Source: Haliotis cracherodii (lineage: Eukaryota). From it: 64,000 nt of DNA. Positions 43,201 to 54,469 of the stretch are shown here, in pieces. The stretch lies in the NCBI RefSeq assembly GCF_022045235.1, contig NW_027266264.1:86118001-86182000 (forward strand), in the 5' to 3' direction. A program made the position numbers and the translations under genes. The notes below the pieces were generated by a model that was not told the origin of the DNA, did not search any database, and saw only the letters and a list, made by a program, of their open reading frames with translations. Numbering within the stretch: the stretch's first letter is position 1; each line of letters starts with the position of its first letter.

Positions 43201-46183
43201 GAAGAAAGAAAACCATCAAAATCGTCATAAGTGCCTTGGTTGTATGATCCGATTTGAATCAGAAGATGATTTAAAGGCTCACATATCTCATCACTCGTAT
43301 GAGAAAGTCCCACTGATCAGGTGCAGTACTTGCAACATGGTGCTCCCAACAAGTTGCTCTCTACAAGCTCATTATAAAATACATTCCGGTAACAGGAGCA
43401 TGACACCATCAGCTTGCCCTGAATGTGGTCTTGTATTTACAAATGACATGAGCTCATTTAGAAGGCATGTCGACAGAGAATGTCTGCACTTTAGCCGTGA
43501 GAGTTACATTCCATGTTGTCATTGTGATGAGTTGATTGAGATTTTTAAGTTTCTGGTTCATATCGTTAATATACATGCGCCAATCTGGACTAGAATTTCT
43601 AACAGCTGTCCTATTTGTGGGCCTGATGTCCCCATCACACCACATCATCAATATACCAAGCATTTTCTCCGACTGCAGATGGAAGATGTGGTGTTCAGAT
43701 TCAGCTGTGCAGTCTGCAAACAGTATAACAATGAAAGACTCTTTTCAGAGTTTGACAGTCTGTGGGACCACATGTGTTCATCACACATGAGAATTAGAAC
43801 TTTCTCGTGCACTTTCTGCAACCTGAAGTTCCCAGATGCACTGAGTCGGAATGCCCATGTTACCTCCTGCCACTATGACACTCCAAAACAGCTACAAAAA
43901 CAAGGGAAGGATGCTCGCCCCAAAGATGCAGAGACAAGCAAATCTGAAACTGTGTTGCAACCAATCAATGAAGTGTCCACAAGCTTTAAGGAAGGAGCAG
44001 ACGTCATGTTGAAAGAGGGAAACACCACGTCTAGCCCTGCACCATCTGTGTGTGAGGGTGATGCTGGAGGTACCTCCATCACCAGCAGACCCAAGATGTC
44101 CCCATCTGTCATTGTTCTCAGAAGACAAAACCTTGATGGTCATACTGGCAGCAGATCTGAACAACTGCTATTGTCTGCATCAGTTGTTACTTCTTCCAAA
44201 CCGATTTCTGCGTCACCTCCCAGCGAGCACAAACAGCTACCAGCGTCAGTCATTGCCAAGGCAACGGAACAACCTGCTGCACATCTAAGCTTCTATCCAA
44301 AATTAGCGTCTGTTCAAAAACCATCAGCTGCAGCAGGAAATAATTCTTGTTCCATCATATATACCCATCAGCAACCAGCTGAATCTGTACCCATCCCGGA
44401 ACCCATTGCATTTGTCACTCCAGACCTACCTCTTGAAGCAGCTGGTAGTTCTTCCACTAACAAACCCCAGCAACCACAAGTAACTTCAGAATCTGTCAGA
44501 AGTCTTAACTCTGATGGACACAGTGCTGAAGCTTGTGAAGTCAGCAAGGAGAATATGGAGAAACTTTGCAACAAGTTGTCTTCAGAAAGAGCATCAGTAC
44601 ATCACTTTTTGGATTCAAATCCATTTGAACCTGTGAGTCCGGAAGATGGCCCACCAGCAACTTCAGAATCTGTGACAAGTCTTAACTCTGATGGACACAG
44701 TGTTGAAGCTTGTGAAGTCAGCAAGGAGAGTGTCTTGTGCAGACACTGTGGAGAAGACATCCCTGTTGCTGAGCTGAAGGCACACATAACACACCAGCAT
44801 CCAGTGAACAACAAATTGTGTGATCATATTCATTTCTCTCAGGATTTGCTCCAGGTGGAAGTCCTGAATATTTATGATGGAAAGTATTTCTTCTGCCCTT
44901 ACTTAGAAAAGGGGAAATATTGCACCAAGTTGTCTTCAGAAAGAGCATTAATGAAGCACTTACTGGACACACATCCATCTGAATCGGTGAGTCTGGAAGA
45001 TAGCCCATTATTTGTGAAGAAGTTCCACACAGGCTACAGAAGGCTGAGGACAATGAAGGATAAAGGCAACATGGCCAAACAACACCAAGAGTCTACAGTG
45101 ACTCTTTCTATGAACAGTGTGGACACTCTACTTCAACAAGAGATTGTCTTGGTAAGGAACAAGGATCAAACTGATGGCTCCATGTCTGAAACCACAGCGT
45201 GCCCTGGTGATGCAATACTCACTGCAGGAACAGGATTTACTGGTTTATTGAAGCATCAGCCTGATCAAACACTGCAGGATCAGCCCCATCAAGCACTGCA
45301 GCAGATTATAAAGATTGGGTCTACAGGGATGCCATGTCCTCCTTTGTACAGAGCAGCTCCTGGCCCGAGTGTATTGTCCTGTCCCTTCTGTGGGCTGACC
45401 TGTAAGACAGAGTTCCATGTATTGAATCACGTCAGTGAATGTCACTGTGGTTATCTTCCAGTCTTGATCTGTCCTTTCTGTGCAGAGAAAAACTTTGAAA
45501 CAGAATTTTCGACTCTGAAGGAACTTCGTCTTCATCTGTTTGATCTCTCTGAAGTGCCTCAACACACACAACCTGAGAAGGATGGCAATGCGACTCATCT
45601 GGAAGAAGGTAAGAATACTGACCACAGTGAAACAGTAAGAGAGGTATACACAAAAGGTGGAAATAAAACACATGGCAGAATGAGGTGTGTAAGGGTGTTG
45701 AAAAGAAAATCAAAGGTGATTTATTTCCCATGTGACCGTTGTGAAAGGGTCTTTGCCAGTTGGAATTGTCTTGAGAAGCACAGGTGGATGCTGCACCACT
45801 GTGATAGCCCTGACATTATCTATGTTTCTGAGAACTCTAGCTCTGATAGTTCTGACAGTCCCTTTAACGTACCATCGTCCTTCCCACCTGTGAAGAGACT
45901 TCGAGTTGAAGGGGACTTGCATTATACTTGTGCCAAATGTCCTGTCGTCACGAAGGATGCTGTTCACTTTGCTGAACACATCAAGGAGCACAACTCTGAC
46001 AATGCCAACCAGTGTCCTGACTGTGGCCTCTGTTTCGAAATCCTGGCCACTCTCAAGAAGCACCTGTTTCTGGTCCACAAGATCCGAGACTCGTACAAGT
46101 ACTTGCAAGACAGGGGCATGAAGACGGAAGAGGAGGAACTAGACTTTGATTCTGACAATGACACTTTTCATCCGATGCAGTGA
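40229..46183 (+). CDS. Second ZNF532/592/687-family zinc finger protein (~1984 aa from the first ATG), single coding exon, divergent tandem paralogue
   Basis: Long ORF (track start is GTG 40220; first ATG is 40229) after acceptor ttttacag at 40172. Family motifs KCQLL.H, CPECG...RHV..ECLHF.R (twice) and QCPDCGLCF..LATLKKHLFLVHK. It lacks the terminal HGMAF finger. Confidence 0.88.
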   Translation: MMCEVRTSMEVDETAVSKTCNMVIKTEQIAPDEARGSRTHRSNEMDTEDDVTGPYTDRTDHEVAAESHCSDYRESAHPSETHDKHIVEVLPVEQSRRKQSIRKSSVCMYTNQLDKRAKEPMRERDSEPGCWRKMSTGMPVIKEEECDPVDANKLVYEEHWGTECEDQFAVYLNDNADMKFDNKTDSPVSWNTGEYQVDSPMVYVPYQCEEDQMEGVTEQVKVEPVDVLSEAAAAAAAGGGHRTLTTPPLRSMSNPTPVFHVNSSRNDQLKPGVIFQNVSDQVKSGEFDVSGDSESNVEDESPCGTRESPVDQEIQLNQASDSDSADMAIPCKECEMEYSSRAEFEKHQELYSGASVKYYCPTCKQQLMSKCQLLQHSHRHGGISGKLCRDSHFSSSKPAYGGKRNVRTCRYLEKLKTQLHLRHGEILVCLVCKKRFEGKAMLVKHLGEDVDCNPDFSCLECHAVLASECALVTHLTLHKQPEQGDEYFMCPECGKFFFTSWDAYLRHVRNECLHFCRVSVFTCRVCGNKLKSFTQFLAHFESHFVNFPYCKECCFRSNYKGKHYPVSKHSTVTNCVVCNERLETDCQRGKHVKKHGNEVKDSAVSEYKCPDCAEETLFETKNILWYHRVVSHKVVEQFSCNHCDCVLSSRHMLQAHIRAVHVKQVWLAGDRPKTCKGKTLKAITSTIGKHAAESDAKDVNPERDPQGHLELEGQENVKLWNETNQTSKMKTNTVNSSAPSPKTLPAILDRKRKHRPTSLSSKNRKAVTTKIWNTVTTKIGNAVTTKIGNAIITKIGNAVTTKIGNAVTTKNGNAVTTKPPLKSYGEPAVEIDVADEALAQEDNTSAGCTQSQPQGPLEGEQKLPVKKKRKPRKQVIKIAPLLPEVETEDPLIYPQGHLGEDQSVTREITGPVIPVSHGIIQVRQKMDLVMNTDPYQPEHKNRSKAFVEKDIGEPAAEKNLATPVIVNEIEGDVHLGCESEDVSKAPLMMKQKKENHQNRHKCLGCMIRFESEDDLKAHISHHSYEKVPLIRCSTCNMVLPTSCSLQAHYKIHSGNRSMTPSACPECGLVFTNDMSSFRRHVDRECLHFSRESYIPCCHCDELIEIFKFLVHIVNIHAPIWTRISNSCPICGPDVPITPHHQYTKHFLRLQMEDVVFRFSCAVCKQYNNERLFSEFDSLWDHMCSSHMRIRTFSCTFCNLKFPDALSRNAHVTSCHYDTPKQLQKQGKDARPKDAETSKSETVLQPINEVSTSFKEGADVMLKEGNTTSSPAPSVCEGDAGGTSITSRPKMSPSVIVLRRQNLDGHTGSRSEQLLLSASVVTSSKPISASPPSEHKQLPASVIAKATEQPAAHLSFYPKLASVQKPSAAAGNNSCSIIYTHQQPAESVPIPEPIAFVTPDLPLEAAGSSSTNKPQQPQVTSESVRSLNSDGHSAEACEVSKENMEKLCNKLSSERASVHHFLDSNPFEPVSPEDGPPATSESVTSLNSDGHSVEACEVSKESVLCRHCGEDIPVAELKAHITHQHPVNNKLCDHIHFSQDLLQVEVLNIYDGKYFFCPYLEKGKYCTKLSSERALMKHLLDTHPSESVSLEDSPLFVKKFHTGYRRLRTMKDKGNMAKQHQESTVTLSMNSVDTLLQQEIVLVRNKDQTDGSMSETTACPGDAILTAGTGFTGLLKHQPDQTLQDQPHQALQQIIKIGSTGMPCPPLYRAAPGPSVLSCPFCGLTCKTEFHVLNHVSECHCGYLPVLICPFCAEKNFETEFSTLKELRLHLFDLSEVPQHTQPEKDGNATHLEEGKNTDHSETVREVYTKGGNKTHGRMRCVRVLKRKSKVIYFPCDRCERVFASWNCLEKHRWMLHHCDSPDIIYVSENSSSDSSDSPFNVPSSFPPVKRLRVEGDLHYTCAKCPVVTKDAVHFAEHIKEHNSDNANQCPDCGLCFEILATLKKHLFLVHKIRDSYKYLQDRGMKTEEEELDFDSDNDTFHPMQ
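42523..42682 (+). repeat. Coding tandem repeat, 24-bp unit (AVTTKIGN) x~7
   Basis: GCAGTCACAACTAAGATCGGGAAT periodicity inside the ORF. Confidence 0.92.
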
Positions 46184-46564
46184 CTCACCATGAAATGTTT
46201 TGGACCGTTTGGGTATGTCTTCCTCGTATTAAGAATAATGCCATCTCAGAAAAAGTATTTTGACTGCCCTATCATCTTGCAAATACTACCGGTATGTCTC
46301 CATAGTCACAGGATATTTTTGAATATTCCAAGTTCATTTTTTTAGAAAATGCCATGCAGGGATTTCAAAAATATAGCTCATAGATCAAGAGATTCAGAAC
46401 CTGTGGAAAATCGAGACTTTATGAAGGGCTAACACATTACAGTGAAGGCTGGGCAGAAGGGAAAATAATGTTTTAGAGAGTGTGAGATGGACGAGGTGAT
46501 GCACATGCTTTTGTAATAACATGGATATATTGGTGTCTTGACTTTCAGGTTCTTAGTAAAAAAT

Positions 46565-46876
46565 ATTGATTCATTCCTTAAATGTTTACTTCAATGGCTG
46601 TTACACTACTAATTAGTTGTGAAAATAAAGAATTGAAAAAGTAAATATTTTCATCCATTGTGTCATACTTGACACTGCCAACTGTAAATCGTCAGTGTGC
46701 CAGGTATTTGAATATCCTGTCTGTGAAAAAGATGGTTTACACACCACAGATATGAGTACATGCAAGTATCGTGATACGTATCGAATCATGAACAAGGTAT
46801 CGTGATACGTATCAGACAGTGAACAAGGTATTGGGATATGTATCGGATCGCATAGTTGTGTATCGTCCCAACCCTA
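46565..46876. mobile_element. Partial copy of the 19828-20196 hAT-MITE family in the 3' UTR of the second ZNF gene
   Basis: Shared internal sequence (CTGTAAATCGTCAGTGTGCCAGGTATTTGA) and right terminus GTATCGTCCCAACCCTA. Confidence 0.8.
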
Positions 46877-47390
46877 CTACGCAATTAGATTGCTGAACCA
46901 GGTTATTATTGGAAGAACTGGTCAATCTCTCTATGAATTCATCTCATTAATTGGTTCTGTTGTGTGCAATAGCTATGAAATACATAAACATCATTTGGTT
47001 AGTCATCAGGAAAATGTGAAATGTCCAGTTTGCTAAATGTGTGCATGTGTGAGACTTTACATGTACTCAGTTGACCAGTTTGGCCCTTCTATTGATCTAA
47101 TAAAGACGTGAAGGATGCAATTCATGTCTGTTGATTCTCACTGAAGGGGTCTGCCAGCTGTTCCTGAAGTCTGTGGGTCACTGACCATGTGACCAAAACA
47201 CAATGATGATTTTTATCGCTAAGAGAATGGATATTTCTTGAAAAGCACACTGTGCAAATTTTGTCATTACTGTAAGTAATATTCCTTATCTGCGGAATGG
47301 CTTGTTTACACTTTATTAGCACAAGTGCAGCTATCTTTGTTAATTCATCATTGCGATGTTTCATGATTCTATTTCAAGTAGCGAGAACTA

Positions 47391-48237
47391 TAGCTGCCGT
47401 CACCATATCTCTGTGGGTCACAGGAGGACGTTGCTGCCGTCACCATATCTCTGTGGGTGACACGAGGACGTAGCTACCGTCACCATATCTCTGTGGGTGA
47501 CACGAGGACGTAGCTGCCGTCACCATATCTCTGTGGGTGACACGAGGACGTAGCTGCCGTCACCATATCTCTGTGGGTCACAGGAGGACGTAGCTGCCGT
47601 CACCATATCTCTGTGGGTGACACGAGGATGTAGCTGCCGTCACCATATCTCTGTGGGCGACACGAGGAAGTAGCTGCCGTCACCATATCTCTGTGGGTGA
47701 CACCAGGACGTAGCTGCCGTCACCATATCTCTGTGGGTCACAGGAGGACGTAGCTGCCGTCACCATATCTCTGTGGGTGACACGAGGACGTAGCTGCTGT
47801 CACCATATCTCTGTGGGTGACACGAGGACGTAGCTGCCGTCACCATATCTCTGTGGGTGACACGAGGACGTAGCTGCCGTCACCATATCTATGTGGGTGA
47901 CACGAGGACGTAGCTGCCGTCACCATATCTCCGTGGGTGACACGAGGATGTAGTTGCCGTCACCATATCTCTGTGGGTCACAGGAGGACGGAGCTGCCGT
48001 CACCATATCTCTGTGGGTCACAGGAGGACGTAGCTGCCGTCACCACATCTCTGTGGGTCACAGGAGGACATTGCTGCCGTCACCACATCTCTCTAGGTCA
48101 CAGGAGGACATTGCTGCCGTCACCACATCTCTCTAGGTCACAGGAGGACGTAGCTGCCGTCACCACATCTCTGTGGGTCACAGGAGGACATAGCTGCCGT
48201 CACCATATCTCTCTGGGTGACAGGAGGACATAGCTGC
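47391..48237. repeat. Minisatellite, 40-bp unit TAGCTGCCGTCACCATATCTCTGTGGGTSACASGAGGACG (~21 copies)
   Basis: Exact 40-bp periodicity visible. Confidence 0.97.
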
Positions 48238-48656
48238 ATTAACCGTTGCTATGTGGTTGACACTGTGTCATTGTACCTCAGTGATGTGTGTCGTGATAGA
48301 TGGAGATACTGTCAAGACACTGGTTGTGGTATAAATCAAGTATTTGAGCAGCAATGAAATAGCTGGAATATTGCTCATTGAGGCGACAAACAATATTCAC
48401 TCACTCAACATGGGTACTGAAGCTCAACTATGTCCATTAAATGTAAACAGAAGCAGTCATTTATGATTGTTTTATTTTGTACTACTTTTATGGATGGGTG
48501 ACACAAAAATCGTATTGCAATATACATTGGGGCTCAAATTATATATATTTGAACTCTTTAAATAGTATTTTGTACCATTTTTGTAATATTTCATGTCCAA
48601 ATAAAAGTACTTTCTTCCAAGTTATGTAACTTAATGGCCACTGACACTTTCAAAGG

Positions 48657-48980
48657 ACCACCTTCGTGGTCTGGAGGTAGAGCGTCCGTCTGGAGAGCAT
48701 ACCAAAAGACTTTTAAAGATGGAAACTTGTTGTTACCCTACCTGGTGCTCGGGATTAAGAGACTAAAACAAGGACTAGTCGGCTCGGAGTCAGTATACTG
48801 TGTCTGAGTGGGGTATTCATGTTAAACTGCGGCATGGTATCTCAGTGTGCTAGCACTATAAATCGGCATCAGTCCGGACTAGTACAAGCAGCCACACAAA
48901 TACACACACGTGCATGCACGTCGCTATATAAGTGCAATAATCTTGGACGCGATGTAAACCCCATTTCACCTCACCTCACC
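48657..48980 (+). mobile_element. tRNA-derived SINE with Meta-domain-like body and (CACCT)n tail
   Basis: GTGGTCTGGAGGTAGAGCG head, CATACCAAAAGAC...AAAGATGG body, GATGTAAACC tail. Confidence 0.78.
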
Positions 48981-49854
48981 TCTATCTCAAGGGAGATAAC
49001 TTCTAAAGATGATCTGTCATTCCAAGCAACATCCAACAGGTACATCCTTCATTATAAATAACAATAACACACCATTTGTTTTCACAGAATAACTTTTTAT
49101 TTATAAAATCGGTAATAACAGCTGAAGATGGCAACATTTGACATCAACATCACGGGAAAACAAACATGATGTTCCTGGACAATGCTAATAAAAGCTTGTT
49201 CCTGTAAAACAAGAAGTGACGTTCTTCTATCAACGACATCCAGTGTATAACATGGTATCACACAGGGGAGGTAACTGCTGTACTGCAGCAGCACCATATG
49301 CATGATGGGTACTCTACACACAATGTGTAACTTGCTCTAGGCTGGTGAATGGGTGGAAGTGCTACTAGATGAATACACTCTCAATGTTGACCTGAGGTTA
49401 CCCATAGGGAACAATGAATCTCTTTTTAAAAATCAAGATTTTAAAAATGATAGAAAATATGACACTTATTCTTTCAGACTTCCACATTTTTTTAGGAAAA
49501 TAACTTTGAAAAATGAAAAAGTAAATGTATATATTGGAACCCCAGGAACTGAAATAGCAAGAAGACCTTTTGACTTTTCAATTGATTTGTCCTTTTCTAC
49601 AGTTCTGTGTTTTAAAAAATTATGAAGAAAAGACCACAAAACCTGTAAGAATCCATGAGGAAAAAAGGTCCAGTTTTTGCCAATCCGAGATGCCACTTTT
49701 CAGCCATTGGCACAATTCAGTGGGGCAATTATCCTGCACGTAACAGTCCATGTCTAAAGTGTTATCATGGACTGCATCAACACATCTATAACTGCATCAA
49801 CACATCAATATCTGCATCACATCATCATCACCAGCTGTTTGGTCGATCTATCTA

Positions 49855-50033
49855 CAGTAAGCTACGTTTACAACGAGCATGCTCATAACGAACTGACGGG
49901 TATATCAAACTGTTTTTTGTTTAGGTCCTGGCAATTTGCTGTATATATGCTGAAAACATGCTTATAACGAACTACGGTTATGTCGAACTAGAATTAGTGC
50001 TCCCTTTGAGTTCGTTGTACCCATGGTTTACTG
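49855..50033. mobile_element. Tc1/mariner-pogo (Tigger-like) MITE, TA-flanked
   Basis: TA-CAGTAAGCTACGTTTACAACGA...TCGTTGTACCCATGGTTTACTG-TA with internal ATAACGAA repeats. Confidence 0.72.
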
Positions 50034-52503
50034 TAGTTTGTCTGATCAACATTACAACCGTTCGGAATTATAATTAAATGTAACCTCAAAACGGCAACAA
50101 TGAGAGTGTATTGGTGGCTTCCAAGTGCTCAGACAATACCATTGCCCACACAACTGTATGCTTCAAACTAGACACTTGATGCAGATAATGCACATCCATG
50201 CTGGGAACAGATGGCTGGGACAACAGCAGTAACCTACCTGGACACATTGTAACAATTAGTGGTGGTTAAATCTCTATATATCATTTCATTTCTACTGTTC
50301 AACATGACATTACCTTGCAAATATACAAATATTGGGTGGTGAAATAAATATTGCCTATCAAATATTACAAATACTGACTGACTCGCTGCTGACATACAGG
50401 AAGCTTGTCCTGCTGACCAGGAATCACGATGGCCGACATCAGACATTCTCATCCATTCTTACAAACCCTGTTGGTCGTGCACTAAACTGTGAGCAGGTTT
50501 GAATCCCAGTAAGGGTTAGCTGTGTGATAACTGTCATGTCACAGTCATGTTATATAGCTGTAACACTGTTAAAAGTGGGGCACAAATATTCACTAACTCA
50601 TTCACTGTCAGAACTGTAGACGTTTTGTTTTTATTGAAAACATTCCTCAAATCTACCTTGTATGGTTTAGTATATGACACTTACAAATACGTAAATTACA
50701 GTTTCGCTAATGACTAAATATGACAATCTCTAATACGATAACATTATTTAGAATATTTCAAATTGACATCATTTGCCTGATATTATTTGCAAACGTTTTC
50801 CTGTCCAATATGATATTAAACTCTTCAGGGAAAATTCAAACAAATCTTTTACTATCCTCCATACTGAGCAATTCTGACAGAAACATTTGAAACTGTTCCC
50901 CGGCAGCATAAAACATCCACATTTACACGTGGCACGGCCGTCTTGACCTCCGACACGCCTGGGGATCTCTCAGATACACTACTGCCCGGAAACCAAGATG
51001 GCGGAACCTTGGTTCCCTCGCAAGAAGGCTGGAATGTGAGTTGGTCTCGCAGCACTAGTCTAACACGACCTTCAGCTAGTGAATATGCTCCAATACAGAG
51101 GAAGACATAAATACATGCTTGAATAAATTACATACACTGTGTACACCAGATTCAGTAAGTAGTTGTGAGGCAAGCACAACCGAGTATTAATCCTCCATTC
51201 AGGGCTACAATCGCACAGTTGCTACAGTTGACTACCGTCCACCTCCGAGAAAACCCGGCATGGCGTATACATGCACTTCTCTGGAAGATTGAATAATAGA
51301 TGGCTCCCGGCTATTAGTAAAGAAGATTTGAAAAGCTCTTACACAAGTTAATCTTTTATCAGATACCATGAGTCGGACATTCACAAACTGTTGGGAGTCC
51401 GAACACAACATGCAGGGCATGCGATGTGAAGGGGTGCACATGACCTTTGAGGGTGCAACTATACAGTTGTGGCAGAATGCACATTATTATCGAAGTTTGC
51501 GATATGATACATACCATTATATATGAAAATTTATATTTACTGATATCATAAAAACTCAGTATTGACATCTGAAACTGTATCTTTGCACCCTTAAGGGTTT
51601 GATATTAGTATGATATTGATTAATACCCGCCCTGATACGGATCAGATCTGTCCATAGAGACCTGATATAGCCCTGATCCTGATGTTGATGTTGATCTGAC
51701 TTGGCGTCCCATTTGACATCACATCAACATAGATACAGTTTGATCAACATCTACAGAAGAAGAACATAGAGACACGATCAATATCACCTTGTAGACAGCA
51801 AATTTAACAACTTTAATATAGGAAGCAGGATCTGCTTCACGAACAAGGCTCTCCACGATGCCTAGATTTATCTCCCCTTGATTGATGCGCTTACAGTGCA
51901 AGACATGATTATGATGAATATCTCCATTGAATAAAGTGTTCATACCTAGCAGTCCTCAGAGAGTTATCTACAAGGGGAGATACTCCTAGAGGTACAATGA
52001 AAACCCAGGTCATGACAATCATCACAACTGGGAGTGCCGATCCTCTTCCATTAAATCCATTCACGCGCAGTCATCCATACACACACCTCTTGTTGCCTAG
52101 CAGCACACCGAGAGAACAGGTCCAGAGTGAAGTGACTAGAGTTCGGTAAAGTTTGTAAGGCAGGATGACACTGACTCTTCATTGATATCCATTCTTACAA
52201 GCAACTGATGGCAGTAAGATGTCGACAGCAAGGTCACAAGCTCAGTTTAACCCTGAATCTATGAAGGCTTCTGCTCCAATGACCTCGCAATGTGGAAGCC
52301 GAACAAAAGCTGACATACTGGTTTGGGCTTATTTTTCACTCATCTAGGTGACCATGTATTCCATTACAATGACCGCAAATTGTACTACCGGTAGATACGA
52401 TGGCTATTCCATATGTCATCTCTCTCTCTCTCCATCTGTTGCTGGGCAACAAGCCTCTCTCCCAGGTCCAGCACAGTAACAATCTACATCTTCTATCTCC
52501 CTA

Positions 52504-52698
52504 TCATAACTCAGTGCACAGATCGGAGGTGTAGCCTTGTGGTCGGATGTGTTGCGAGACAGTTTCCGAGGTCATGCTGCTGTTGATGCTTCTGCTTCCT
52601 GATTGGTCACTTGGTGCCGGTGACGGACGGGACGGGGGAGCATAGCGAGACCCAGATGACAGACGTTTTGACGGATCTATGTGACTTCGAGAGTTGGA
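52504..52698 (-). CDS. Terminal coding exon of an unidentified gene (SNSRSHIDPSKRLSSGSRYAPPSRPSPAPSDQSGSRSINSSMTSETVSQHIRPQGYTSDLCTEL*)
   Basis: Strong polypyrimidine acceptor tttttctccttatttccag. Phase 0 matches the donor at 62428. Ends in TGA TAG. Not in the ORF track. Candidate minus-strand AATAAA at 50630-50635. Confidence 0.72.
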   Translation of the reverse strand, partial: SNSRSHIDPSKRLSSGSRYAPPSRPSPAPSDQSGSRSINSSMTSETVSQHIRPQGYTSDLCTEL

Positions 52699-53192
52699 CT
52701 GGAAATAAGGAGAAAAAGTTCATGTTATCACAACATTCTTACCATAATTGTCTCCATACATGAATTATCAATAGTACATAACACTTAATAATTGATGCCT
52801 TAATATTAAATAAGAACATATCTCTTAATGTGTTATAAAAGTATGACCTCATTTCATTTTTCAATTTAACAAATACTGATAAAATGAAATAAAAGAAAAC
52901 ATAGCTATACAGAGGACAGTTAATGATGTCAGTGTTCCAAATTCGGGGGGAGGGTGGGAACGGGATGGTCCCTGGATCTTTGAGGTTTTTATGGGCTTTG
53001 AATCTAGGGACCCCGTAAAAACTGTACCCTTGCAATTTGGGTTATGACATGCTGAATTATGAACACTGGTTGTGTTCAACATAAATGTTGATACTCAAAA
53101 TTATCGTACGTCAAGTTCATGTATGTTATGGTCAACATGAAGTGGTGGTTGCTTCGACCACATTTTACATACAACAAACTTGACAGACCAAA

Positions 53193-53927
53193 AACAAGAC
53201 AAAAGTGAACAGGGCTCACTAATACCCCCGACTTCTACTCCATCATGTTTCTAAGTTCAAGACATGAAAAAGCAATATTTTCGCAGAAAATCCACTTATC
53301 ACAACGAAACTTTGCACTGCACCTCCCCAATTGGTATAGAAAACTGTTCCCGAAATGTAAAAAGAATCCATCAAGTATCTTTCCAGTTATAGGTCACACA
53401 AATGTTTCAATAATAACATTCAAAGTAAAAATACAAAATAGCTGTATTTTTTCAGAAAATCCAAATATTGAAAACACACTTTGCACTGCACCTCTCCTAT
53501 TGGTATAGAAACTGTACCCACAATTGGAAAAGAATCCATGACATAGTTTTCAAGTGAGAAGTTGCACAAATGTTACAGTATACAACATTTCTAAGTTCAC
53601 AACATGAAAAGAACATCATGTTTTCAGAAAACACACACATCAAAATCAAACTTTTCTCTTCCCCTTTTCTATTAGTATGGAAACTGTTACACAAATCTGA
53701 AAAACTGTAGGTCGCATAAATGTTTAAGAAAAATAAATCTAAGTAAAAAATGCTGTCTCTTTTCAGAAAATCCAAATATTGAAATCATACTTTGCATTGC
53801 ATTTCTCCAATAGGTTTAAAAAGTGTCCACAATAAAAGCTTGCACAGGAAAATATGTTCCCAGAAGGACAGACAGAAGGACAGAATTCCTTGGTATCAGC
53901 CAAGCCCTTTTAGGTCGGGGTTATAAT
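53193..53927 (+). mobile_element. Helentron/HINE (DINE-1-like) non-autonomous element with an internal degenerate ~160-185-bp tandem array
   Basis: Starts AACAAG. The block TTGCACTGCACCTC..ATTGGTATAGAAA recurs at ~53311, 53480, 53660 and 53791. It is followed by a GACA-type microsatellite and a GC-rich terminal hairpin ending ATAA. Confidence 0.55.
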
Positions 53928-54469
53928 GAACGTCTGAGGCAAGATTTTCCGTGGCCCTTAATTATCGTACAATAAAACACTGCAGGGAGAATAAACCACT
54001 GCAGTGTTTTATTGTACGATAAACAATGACCATGAGGCATTTATTTCTGAAGTAAACATACCGGTGTACACAATGATATACTGTGATGTCATTTCTACTG
54101 TGATGTCATGAAACATTGTCAACAATGATGTCTGTTTAATGCCAACAATGACGTCTGTATGTCAACAATAGTATTTGTATTATAGCAACAATGCCTTAAA
54201 GTGAGTGAGTGCATTCTTGCACATCCTTCAAATCTTTAACGGTATGGATGAAAAATATGTTCATAATATTTGGTGATAAGCGATTGCCTTAAAACCATAA
54301 ATGTATCTGGTAAACTTATGGAATGTCAAGTCTGAGTGGCACTGTTCAAGATGTTAATACCAATATTGTTGCCTAAAAATATTGGTGAGCCAGGAAATAA
54401 ACGACTGGATACACAGCATAACTAAGTCTACATACAGGAAGTATATCTGTAGTAAAAACAAAACTATGT

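Noticed and set aside
20985-46164. Many short antisense or alternative-frame ORFs overlapping the two ZNF CDSs
   Set aside because: Shadow ORFs of long coding exons with no recognisable motifs.
47391-48237. CRISPR-like regular repeats (also 58638-59148 with hairpins)
   Set aside because: Units are head-to-tail without unique spacers, the context is eukaryotic, and there are no cas genes.
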